Source: Anaerolineales bacterium | GTDB taxonomy: Bacteria; Chloroflexota; Anaerolineae; Anaerolineales; UBA11579 | Direction of reading: 5' to 3' | Assembly: GCA_026129255.1 (NCBI GenBank) | Contig: JAHCIJ010000002.1 | Location: forward strand, 386,234 to 450,233 | Length of the DNA: 64,000 nt | Shown: positions 56,489-64,000 of the stretch, piece by piece | Layout of the letters: each line of letters starts with the position of its first letter | How positions within the stretch are numbered: the first letter of the stretch is position 1 | Made by a program: the position numbers and the translations under genes | Notes under the pieces: model-generated | Told to the model about the DNA's origin: nothing | Database searches by the model: none | The model's input: the letters and a program-made list of their open reading frames with translations, nothing else

Positions 56489-57445
56489 ATGCTGCGTAGC
56501 TTCCTCATTTATCTTTCTCAAGCCGCCTGGGCAAAACGCCTGATCATGAGCCTGGGGGCAGCGCGGCGCATGGCGCGCCGCTTTGTGGCGGGCGACAGCC
56601 TCTCCGATGCGTTGCATGCCGTGCGCAAGCTCAATGCCGAGGGCATGTTCGCCACGCTCGACCTGCTGGGTGAGCACACTGCCGATGCCGCAGACGCCAA
56701 CGCCAGCACGGCCAAGATCATCCACGCCATCCAGCAGATCGCCGAGAGCGAAGTGCGCTCCGGCGTTTCCATCAAGCTCACCCAGCTGGGCCTCAAGCTG
56801 GACCTGGCCCTGGTGGAGGGCAACCTGCGCCAGATCGTGCAGGCTGCGAAAGAGCACCAGATCTTTGTGCGCATCGATATGGAAGATTCGCCCTGGGTGG
56901 ATACGACCCTGGGCCTGTACCGCACGCTGCGCGCCGAAGGGCTGGACAACGTGGGTGTGGTAATCCAATCGTACTTATATAGAAGCGAGGCCGACGTGCT
57001 CGCCCTGATCGCCGAGGATGCCCGCATCCGCGTCGTCAAAGGCGCCTACATGGAGCCTGCTGAGCGCGCCTTCCCCGAGAAGGCCGATGTGGACGCGGCC
57101 TACGACCGCCTGGCCGACCTGCTGCTGCATGCCGGGCACCATCTGCCCGCCGCCAGCGGCGCAGGCGGGCCGTGGCCGCCCATGCTGGCCGTAGCCAGCC
57201 AGGACCCCAAGCGCATCGAGTTTGCCAAAAAGCACGCCGCCGAGCTCGGCATCCCCAAAGAGCAGGTCGAATTCCAGATGTTGTACGGCATCCGCCGTGA
57301 TCTGCAAGTGGCGTTGGCGCGTGAGGGCTACCCTGTGCGCATTTATGTGCCCTACGGCCGCGAGTGGTATCCCTACTTCATGCGCCGCCTGGCCGAGCGC
57401 CCGGCCAACCTGTGGTTCTTCCTGAGCAATCTGGTGAGGCGCTAA
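56489..57445 (+). CDS. Proline dehydrogenase family protein
   Basis: 'FVAGDSLSDALHAVRKLNAEGMFATLDLLGE...RIDMEDS...VVIQSYLYRSE...RVVKGAY...YGI'. The ORF could start at 56432. Confidence 0.85.
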   Translation: MLRSFLIYLSQAAWAKRLIMSLGAARRMARRFVAGDSLSDALHAVRKLNAEGMFATLDLLGEHTADAADANASTAKIIHAIQQIAESEVRSGVSIKLTQLGLKLDLALVEGNLRQIVQAAKEHQIFVRIDMEDSPWVDTTLGLYRTLRAEGLDNVGVVIQSYLYRSEADVLALIAEDARIRVVKGAYMEPAERAFPEKADVDAAYDRLADLLLHAGHHLPAASGAGGPWPPMLAVASQDPKRIEFAKKHAAELGIPKEQVEFQMLYGIRRDLQVALAREGYPVRIYVPYGREWYPYFMRRLAERPANLWFFLSNLVRR

Positions 57446-57928
57446 ATGTCTGAACTTGCCCACGAACTGGCCGATGCCTTGCACAGCGAAGGCGAGAAGA
57501 CGCGCGCCTTCTTCCATGCGCTCACCCCCGAGCAGATGCAGACCCAGATCTATGATGACGGCCTCGCCTGGAACACGCATGACCTGCTGGCCCATTTTGT
57601 GGAAGTTGAGGGCTCGATCGGCGGCGTGATCCGCCGTGTCAACGACGGCGGCGAAGGTGTAGCCGCCGACTTCAACATAAACCGCTGGAACGAGAAGCAC
57701 ACTACCGAGATGAGCCAGCTGCATGAGGATGCTGCGCTGCTGGACGAGTTTGCCCGCCGCCGCGCCGCCAACGTGGAGTGGGTGCGCACGCTGGACGACA
57801 CAGCGTTGGAGCGCCGCGGCCGCCACCCGGCTCTGGGCGAGACCGAGCTCAAGCACATGATCAAGCTCATCTATATCCATCTGATCGGCCACCAACGCGA
57901 TATCAAGCGCAAATTGCAGTTGTCATGA
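57446..57928 (+). CDS. DinB-family protein
   Basis: Four-helix DinB_2-like layout: 'HDLLAHFVEVE' ... 'IYIHLIGHQRDI'. Confidence 0.7.
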   Translation: MSELAHELADALHSEGEKTRAFFHALTPEQMQTQIYDDGLAWNTHDLLAHFVEVEGSIGGVIRRVNDGGEGVAADFNINRWNEKHTTEMSQLHEDAALLDEFARRRAANVEWVRTLDDTALERRGRHPALGETELKHMIKLIYIHLIGHQRDIKRKLQLS

Positions 57929-58359
57929 CCAGTCCCTTGCCCATCTCAGATATGCACAGCTTCGCACTGCACGCCGCGCCCGAAGGCGTGGTGCTGCTGC
58001 GCGAGGTGGACCATGTGCTGCGCCGCTTCGGCGAGCTGGCGCTGCACACCCTGGCGCCCGGCGATGCGGGCGGCTACCACCTGCGCGCCGAGGCCGACCG
58101 GGTGATTTTTCCGCTGGATGGCGAATGCAGCCTGCGCCTGCTCGACCTGCGCCCGCAGTCGCCCAGCTACGGCGTGCACGCCGTCTTCGCCTTGCAGGCG
58201 GCTGCTCCGCAGGGCGTGCTGGTGCCCTTCGGCGTGGCCTGCAGCCTGGCGGCGGATTCTGCCGCGCGTGTGCTGTGGTTGAGCACACACAGCCAACCGC
58301 ACGCTGGCGACCGCCCGGCCAGCGCCGAGGAGCTGCAAAGGTTCCTGCCAGCCGCGTAG
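57925..58359 (+). CDS. Hypothetical protein (cupin-like?)
   Basis: ATGA overlap with the DinB stop. No firm motif. Confidence 0.45.
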   Translation: MTSPLPISDMHSFALHAAPEGVVLLREVDHVLRRFGELALHTLAPGDAGGYHLRAEADRVIFPLDGECSLRLLDLRPQSPSYGVHAVFALQAAAPQGVLVPFGVACSLAADSAARVLWLSTHSQPHAGDRPASAEELQRFLPAA

Positions 58360-58372
58360 CCTTGAGCACGCC

Positions 58373-59290
58373 GTGAACACCAACCCCCTCATCTTGTTCC
58401 TGCGCCTCTCGCGCCCCTTGTATCTTGCCGGGGTAGCGTTGTTCTACATGCTCGGCGTAGGCATTGCCCGCTATCTGGGGCTTGATTTGGATTGGAGCGT
58501 AGCGCTGGCGGGCCAACTGTGGGTCACGGCCATGCAGTTGTGTGTGCACTACCTCAACGAATACTTTGACCACCCGCAGGATGTCGGCCACACTTCGCGC
58601 ACGCCGTTCAATGGCGGCAGCGGGGCGCTGGGGCCGGGCGAAGGCCAACTGCGCCCGCAAGTGGCCCTGGTGGCGGCTGGCACTACGTTGGCCCTCATGG
58701 CTGCCGCTACCAATCAGCTGGCCCGCACCGGGGCCATCAACACGCCGGTGCTCATCATCATGGCCTGCATCTTCTTCGGCGCCTTCTTTTATTCTGTGCC
58801 GCCGCTGCGCCTGGCCACCAGCGGCTACGGCGAGCTCACCACCGCCATCGTGCTGGCTGCGCTGGTGCCAGCCCTCGGCTTCGTCTTGCAGAGCGGCAGC
58901 ATGCACCGCCTGCTCGGCCTCAGCACCTTCCCCCTGGTAGCGCTCACCTTGGCTTCTTTGCTGGCGCTGGAGTTTGCCGACTACGCCCAGGATCTGCGCA
59001 CCAACAAGCTCACCTTGTTCGTGCGTATTGGTTGGCAGCAGGCGCTGCGCTTGCACCACGCCCTCGTACTCGCCGGCTACGCCCTGTTGCTGGGTGCCCT
59101 GGCGGCCGGGCTGCCGGCGGCGATTGGCCTGCTGCCGTTGCTTAGCCTGCCGTTGGCTGGACTGCAGGTCTGGTACACGCAGCGCATCGGCCAGGGGCTC
59201 AAACCCAACTGGCTGGCCGTCACCTTCAACGGCGTGGCTTTCACCTTCCTAGCGGCTTACTTGCTGGCCCAGGGGTTCTGGACACGCTAG
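58373..59290 (+). CDS. UbiA-family prenyltransferase
   Basis: GTG start. 'HYLNEYFDHPQD' (NxxxDxxxD), multiple TM segments, and a second Asp-rich region 'EFADYAQD'. Confidence 0.8.
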   Translation: MNTNPLILFLRLSRPLYLAGVALFYMLGVGIARYLGLDLDWSVALAGQLWVTAMQLCVHYLNEYFDHPQDVGHTSRTPFNGGSGALGPGEGQLRPQVALVAAGTTLALMAAATNQLARTGAINTPVLIIMACIFFGAFFYSVPPLRLATSGYGELTTAIVLAALVPALGFVLQSGSMHRLLGLSTFPLVALTLASLLALEFADYAQDLRTNKLTLFVRIGWQQALRLHHALVLAGYALLLGALAAGLPAAIGLLPLLSLPLAGLQVWYTQRIGQGLKPNWLAVTFNGVAFTFLAAYLLAQGFWTR

Positions 59291-59353
59291 CGGAATCTCC
59301 AATTTCTATTCTCCACTCTCCGCCTATATAATCTGATCATCAAGGAGACAAAC

Positions 59354-59827
59354 ATGGAACTCAACGTTGGCCAAATGGCCCCTGATTTCAAGCTGCCGGA
59401 TGAAACTGGCAAGTTGCACCAGCTCTCAGACTACCGCGGCAAAACGGTGGTGCTGTACTTCTACCCCAAAGACGATACGCCAGGCTGCACCCAGCAGGCC
59501 TGCAACTTCCGAGACGACTATCTCAAGTACAAGGCCGCCGGGGCCGTGATCCTAGGCGTCAGCCCAGACGACGAACAGTCCCACGAGAAGTTCAAGGACA
59601 AGTTCAGCCTGCCCTTCCCGCTGCTGGCGGATGCCGACCACAAGGTGTGCGAGCAATACGGCGTGTGGGGCGAGAAATCCATGTTTGGCAACAAATACTT
59701 TGGGGTCATTCGCTCCACTTTCCTGATCGACCCGGAGGGCAAGCTGGCGGATATCTACCGCAAAGTAAGCGTGCCCAAGCACAGCGAAAAAGTGCTCAAA
59801 GCGGTTGAAGAGTTACAAGCCTCCTAG
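59354..59827 (+). CDS. bcp: Thiol peroxidase Bcp (peroxiredoxin Q)
   Basis: '[19 protein letters not shown]'. Confidence 0.9.
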   Translation: MELNVGQMAPDFKLPDETGKLHQLSDYRGKTVVLYFYPKDDTPGCTQQACNFRDDYLKYKAAGAVILGVSPDDEQSHEKFKDKFSLPFPLLADADHKVCEQYGVWGEKSMFGNKYFGVIRSTFLIDPEGKLADIYRKVSVPKHSEKVLKAVEELQAS

Positions 59828-59934
59828 TTCAAGACGATTGCCACTAAGGCTGGCATCTGAAATGGTGATATACTCGACTTCGTACCTTTCGGCACAATAA
59901 CAACACGAAAGGCCTTTTTTTCGGAGGACAACGG

Positions 59935-60972
59935 ATGATTCATCTCCTCATTGTTGGCGTGCTTGTGGTGATTTCGACCCTTGGCATAGGGCTGCTGCTC
60001 ACGGGCGGCTGGATCCTGCCTCAGCAAGCAAGTCAACAAGCCATCACGGTGGACTGGCTTTTTGATCTTCACTTCTGGTTCATTGCCTTCTTCGTCTCGC
60101 TGATCTGCGTGATCATTCTGTACAGCCTGATCGTCTTCCGCCGCAAAAAGGGCGAGAAGGGCGATGGCGTGTACATGGAGGGCAACCAGCGCCTCGAGAT
60201 CGCCTGGACGATCATCCCGATCGGTATTGTGCTGTGGATGGCGGTCATCGGTGGTCAGACTCTGGCAGATGTGGAGCGCCGTGACCCGGATGCCATCACG
60301 GTGGACGTGGTCGCTGCCCAGTGGAGTTGGCGCTTCGAGTACGAAGTGACTACGGCTGAGGGCGTTGCCACCAAGGTGGTCTCCGACACCCTGGTGCTGC
60401 CGCGCAACCAGCAGGTGCTGCTGCGCTTGCATTCGCAGGATGTCATCCATTCCTTCTTTGTTCCTGAATTCCGCGTCAAGCAAGACATCTTGCCTGGCGG
60501 TGAAAAATATGTGCGCGAATTGCGCGTTACGCCCAACACCAATGGCAACTTCAGCCTGATGTGCGCTGAGATCTGCGGCCAGGGGCACACCACCATGGTG
60601 GCCCAGGTGCAGGTGGTGGATGGCTCTGAATTCGAGAGCTGGCTTAACGAGCAAGCTGCGGAGTGCAACCTGAGCGACACCGAATGTGGCCAGCGCTGGG
60701 CGCAGACCTTCGGCTGCCTGGGCTGCCACACCACGGATGGCACTACCGTCATTGCTCCCACCTGGCTCGGCCTGTTTGGGCACAACGTGGAGCTGGCAGA
60801 CGGCAGCACTGTGGTTGCCGATACCAATTACTTGCGCACCTCCATCATTGACCCCAACGCACAGATCGTGGCTGGCTTCAACCCGGGTGTTATGCCGCAG
60901 AACTTTGATGAGATTCTTAGCGCCGAGCAGATCGACCAGATCGTGGCATTCATTGAGAGCTTGAGTAACTAA
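59935..60972 (+). CDS. ctaC: Cytochrome c oxidase subunit II with a fused C-terminal cytochrome c domain (caa3-type)
   Basis: CuA site 'HSFFVPEF...CAEICGQGHTTM'. Haem c motif 'CLGCH'. Confidence 0.9.
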   Translation: MIHLLIVGVLVVISTLGIGLLLTGGWILPQQASQQAITVDWLFDLHFWFIAFFVSLICVIILYSLIVFRRKKGEKGDGVYMEGNQRLEIAWTIIPIGIVLWMAVIGGQTLADVERRDPDAITVDVVAAQWSWRFEYEVTTAEGVATKVVSDTLVLPRNQQVLLRLHSQDVIHSFFVPEFRVKQDILPGGEKYVRELRVTPNTNGNFSLMCAEICGQGHTTMVAQVQVVDGSEFESWLNEQAAECNLSDTECGQRWAQTFGCLGCHTTDGTTVIAPTWLGLFGHNVELADGSTVVADTNYLRTSIIDPNAQIVAGFNPGVMPQNFDEILSAEQIDQIVAFIESLSN

Positions 60973-60983
60973 GGAGCAACAGG

Positions 60984-62903
60984 ATGCGTTTCTTTTCCAC
61001 CAACTTTTTCCGCGGCTTGATCGCCCAGATCGCCGGCACGGTGATGGGCATGGGTTTGGTGATGGCGCTGCGCGTCATCTTCGGCTTGCCGCTCTCAAGC
61101 CCCATTGAAGCTGATGATGCTCACATCCGTGAGGTCATCGTTGTGGGCGGTGTGATCGTAGGCGCCTTCAGCTTTTTGGTCGGCGCTGGCGTATTCGGCG
61201 ACTGGTTCAAGTGGGCGCGTGGCGAAGAAACGTCTGACGAGCACACCGTTGACTCCAGCAAGCCCAATTGGATGCGCTACTTCAGCGTGGACTTTGACCA
61301 CAAGGTCATTGGCGTGCAATATGGCGTCGCCTCGCTGCTCCTGCTGCTGTTCGGCGGCACCTTTGCCATGCTGTTCCGCATCGAGTTGGCGCAATCCGGC
61401 ATCACCTTCCTCAATAGTGAGATCTTCAAGGTGTTGCTCGGCTATGACGGCCCGCACCTTTACAACACGCTGATGTCCTTGCACGGCATCGTCATGATCG
61501 CCGGTATCCTGCTCGGCATCGGCGCTATGTCCAACTACCTGGTGCCTATGCTCATCGGCGCCAACGACATGGCTTTCCCCCGTCTGAACGCTTTTGCCTT
61601 CTGGGTCAACGTACCCGGTGGCCTGATCCTGCTCAGCAGCCTGTTCCTGGGTGGTTTTGACACCGGCTGGGTGGGCTACCCGCCGCTAAGCCTGCGTGCC
61701 CCGCTGGGCATGCAAATGTTCCTCTTCGGCGTGTTCCTCATCGGTGTATCCTCCATCGCCGGTTCGATCAACGTCATCGTTTCGATCATTACCATGCGCG
61801 CCAAGGGTATGTCCCTGCTGCGCATGCCGATCTTCTGCTGGGCCGCTCTGGCCACGGCCCTGATCCAGTTCACAGCCACGCAGCTGATCGGTCTGTCTTT
61901 CCAGTTGGTCATGCTGGAGCGCCTGCTTGACATGTCCTTCTTTGACTCTTTGCAGGGCGGTGACCCGGTGCTCTACCAGCACTTGTTCTGGTTCTACTCG
62001 CACCCTGCGGTGTACGTGTTCATTCTGCCAGGCCTCGGTATCATCAGTGAGCTGCTGCCCGTGTATGTGCGCAAACCGCTGTACGGCTACAAGTGGGTGG
62101 CTTTCTCCTCCCTGGGTATCGCCGCGGTCAGCTTCTTTGTGTGGGCGCACCACATGTTCGTCTCGGGCATGAGCCCCTTCCTGCGCATCCCCTTCATGTA
62201 CTCCACCTTGCTGGTGGCCGTGCCTACGGGCGTCAAGTTCTTCAGTTGGGCGGCTACGTTGTGGCAAGGCAAGATCGAATTTAAAACGCCTATGCTGTTC
62301 ACGCTGGGTGCCATCGTCATCTTCCTGCTGGGTGGTGTCACTGGTCCTCCGCTGGCCACCATCGCTACCGACCTGCACTTGCATGACACCTGGTTCGTGG
62401 TGGGCCACTTCCATGACACCATGTTCGGTGGCTTCATCTTCCCATTTGCGGCGGCCATTTACTTCTGGTTCCCCAAGATGACCGGCCGCATGTACAACGA
62501 GAAGCAGGGCGTGATCCACTTCTGGCTGATGTTCATCGGTTTCATGATGATGAGCAACCTGCAGCTGGTGCTCGGCTTGCTAGGCATGCGCCGCCGTGTG
62601 GCAGATTTCGATGCTGCCCTGGGCTTTGACGGCATGCAACTGGCGCTCACCATCGGCGGCTTCATGGTGTTCTTTGGCATGCTCTTGTTTGCCTACAACA
62701 TCATCCGCAGCTGGACCAAGGGCGAGAAGACCGAAGGCAATGTGTGGGACTCGCGCTCGCCCGAGTGGCAGCGCCCCAACCCCATGCCGCTGCACAACTA
62801 CGACCAGCCCTTTGAGGTGGTGGGGGAGCCGTATGACTACGGTCTGCCCAACTCTACGTACGTCAACATGAACCCGGCGGGCGAGACCCCCGCGGCGCAC
62901 TAA
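60984..62903 (+). CDS. ctaD: Cytochrome c oxidase subunit I
   Basis: 'LFWFYSHPAVYVFILPG', 'WAHHMF', 'GHFHDTMFGG'. Confidence 0.95.
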   Translation: MRFFSTNFFRGLIAQIAGTVMGMGLVMALRVIFGLPLSSPIEADDAHIREVIVVGGVIVGAFSFLVGAGVFGDWFKWARGEETSDEHTVDSSKPNWMRYFSVDFDHKVIGVQYGVASLLLLLFGGTFAMLFRIELAQSGITFLNSEIFKVLLGYDGPHLYNTLMSLHGIVMIAGILLGIGAMSNYLVPMLIGANDMAFPRLNAFAFWVNVPGGLILLSSLFLGGFDTGWVGYPPLSLRAPLGMQMFLFGVFLIGVSSIAGSINVIVSIITMRAKGMSLLRMPIFCWAALATALIQFTATQLIGLSFQLVMLERLLDMSFFDSLQGGDPVLYQHLFWFYSHPAVYVFILPGLGIISELLPVYVRKPLYGYKWVAFSSLGIAAVSFFVWAHHMFVSGMSPFLRIPFMYSTLLVAVPTGVKFFSWAATLWQGKIEFKTPMLFTLGAIVIFLLGGVTGPPLATIATDLHLHDTWFVVGHFHDTMFGGFIFPFAAAIYFWFPKMTGRMYNEKQGVIHFWLMFIGFMMMSNLQLVLGLLGMRRRVADFDAALGFDGMQLALTIGGFMVFFGMLLFAYNIIRSWTKGEKTEGNVWDSRSPEWQRPNPMPLHNYDQPFEVVGEPYDYGLPNSTYVNMNPAGETPAAH

Positions 62904-62924
62904 ATTGGGTGAGGAGTAACTGGA

Positions 62925-63137
62925 ATGGCTGAAAACGAAAGCCGCCGTGCGGCACTGAACCGGGGCGTGTGGGTGGCGTTGATGCTGGCCGTCCTCACCT
63001 TTGGCGAGTACCTGGTGGGCGTCATCGCGCCCCCCTGGGGCATGCTGCTGATGATAGTGGCTGCCTTCAAAGCCTTTTTTGTGATCACGGAGTACATGCA
63101 CATTGGTCGCCTGTTCTCCTCGGATGAGGAGCACTAA
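62925..63137 (+). CDS. Small two-TM oxidase subunit (subunit IV-like)
   Basis: Two hydrophobic helices. Its position inside the cta operon, before subunit III, supports the call. Confidence 0.6.
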   Translation: MAENESRRAALNRGVWVALMLAVLTFGEYLVGVIAPPWGMLLMIVAAFKAFFVITEYMHIGRLFSSDEEH

Positions 63138-63698
63138 ATGTCCGTCGTAGAAAGCTACGCTACCAAGCTGGCCCGCAATCGTTTGGGCCTGTGGCTGTTT
63201 GTCATCTCGGATGCCTTCGTGTTCATTGGCCTGTTCGTGGCCCGCATGGTGCTGCTGGGTGACACCCGCCCGCACCTGGAGCAGGGGCTCGGCCTGGCCG
63301 TCACTATCTTGCTGCTCGTGAGCAGCTTCCTGATGAACCGTGCCGAAGTGGAAATTGCCCATGGCAACCGCCCGGCCTTCCTGCGCAACATCTTCATCAC
63401 CATGGTGCTGGGCATCATCTTCCTGGTGGGTGTCGTGGGTGTTGAGTGGCAGCTGGCGCCCTTTGGCCCGGCAGACGGTCAAGCGGGCGCGGTGTTCTAC
63501 GCCATGACCGGCTTCCATGCGTTCCACGTCTTCACCGGTGTCATCTTCCTCTTCATCGTGTGGAACAACGGCCGCCGCGGCCACTACAGCGCAGAGAAAC
63601 ACTGGGCTGTTGAAGCCTGCGCCATCTACTGGCACTTTATTGACGTAGTGTGGATGTTCTTCTACGTTGGTCTGTATCTGCTGGGAACGCCAGTCTAA
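63138..63698 (+). CDS. ctaE: Cytochrome c oxidase subunit III
   Basis: 'LGLWLFVISDAFVF', 'FHAFHVFTGVIFL', 'YWHFIDVVWMFFY'. Confidence 0.9.
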   Translation: MSVVESYATKLARNRLGLWLFVISDAFVFIGLFVARMVLLGDTRPHLEQGLGLAVTILLLVSSFLMNRAEVEIAHGNRPAFLRNIFITMVLGIIFLVGVVGVEWQLAPFGPADGQAGAVFYAMTGFHAFHVFTGVIFLFIVWNNGRRGHYSAEKHWAVEACAIYWHFIDVVWMFFYVGLYLLGTPV

Positions 63699-63812
63699 AC
63701 GTAGTTCCAGCGTCTATCGGGTATAACAGAAGCGGGCCGTGCTGGCCCTGCAGCAGCCGGGCAACCGGCTGAGCAGATCAGCCGCCCGCTTTTGTATTTT
63801 CTGAGAAAGAGA

Positions 63813-64000
63813 ATGAACAAACGACTCGTAATGTTCGTGGTGGGGGCCGTGCTGCTCACTGCGGTGGTGGGCTGCGCGCTGGAAATTAGCAAAAAGCAGC
63901 TGGCCTTCCGCGGCTCGGAGATCGACCCGCCCATGCCCGCCGCGCCCATTCGCTTGCAGCGCTTGGACGGCAAGCTGTATGACCTCGCCGAGCAAAATGG
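63813..64000 (+). CDS. SCO1/SenC-like copper chaperone lipoprotein, 3' end outside window
   Basis: ATG 63813. 'MNKRLVMFVVGAVLLTAVVGC' lipobox, then 'LQRLDGKLYDLAEQNG' typical of SCO proteins. It follows the oxidase operon. Confidence 0.6.
   Translation, partial: MNKRLVMFVVGAVLLTAVVGCALEISKKQLAFRGSEIDPPMPAAPIRLQRLDGKLYDLAEQN

Overview
High-GC bacterial chromosomal fragment. The gene content and the dispersed palindromic repeats give a Chloroflexota-like impression, but that is only an impression. All calls come from reading the six-frame translations and the DNA by eye; no searches were run.

Layout:
- 1-11979: a giant 5'-truncated RHS/YD-repeat polymorphic toxin. It is followed by a lipoprotein gene, an orphan 'RHS core + M23 peptidase tip + lipoprotein' cassette, and a 169-bp mosaic RHS-core remnant.
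- 12.0-18.8 kb: a very GC-rich block of hypothetical genes that looks like a phage tail/lysis remnant, with no head, portal, terminase or integrase.
- 19-39 kb: housekeeping and accessory genes. These are an AAC(6')-like GNAT, a maltodextrin-type ABC operon with a GH13 lipoprotein, MarR, HD-GYP, PolX, rpsU, a META lipoprotein, DUF1272, EamA, a Fur-family regulator with a CDF exporter, and a BMP-family nucleoside-type ABC operon with a structured leader and a frameshifted ATPase.
- 39-43.7 kb: D-amino-acid oxidase, frameshifted pckA, mgtE and tRNA-Arg(TCG).
- 43.8-45.6 kb: a visibly AT-richer two-gene islet encoding a WXG100/LXG-like membrane protein and a cytoplasmic partner.
- 45.7-53.9 kb: oxidoreductase, SH3 lipoprotein, hemH, and a siderophore-type ABC operon with an FhuF-like reductase.
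- 53.9-54.8 kb: an ~860-bp inverted-repeat-bounded noncoding element holding a ~175-bp x ~4 tandem array of two alternating hairpin types.
- 54.9-64 kb: serine hydrolase, proline dehydrogenase, DinB, UbiA-family prenyltransferase, bcp, and a caa3-type cytochrome oxidase operon with the start of an SCO1-like gene.

Best candidates for something new:
1. The RHS cassette array, whose candidate immunity genes are large exported PD40-type propeller lipoproteins.
2. The WXG-like/partner islet next to the tRNA.
3. The hairpin tandem array and its MITE-like repeat family.
4. The terminator-containing leader of the BMP ABC operon.
5. The orphan phage-tail-like module abutting the RHS locus.
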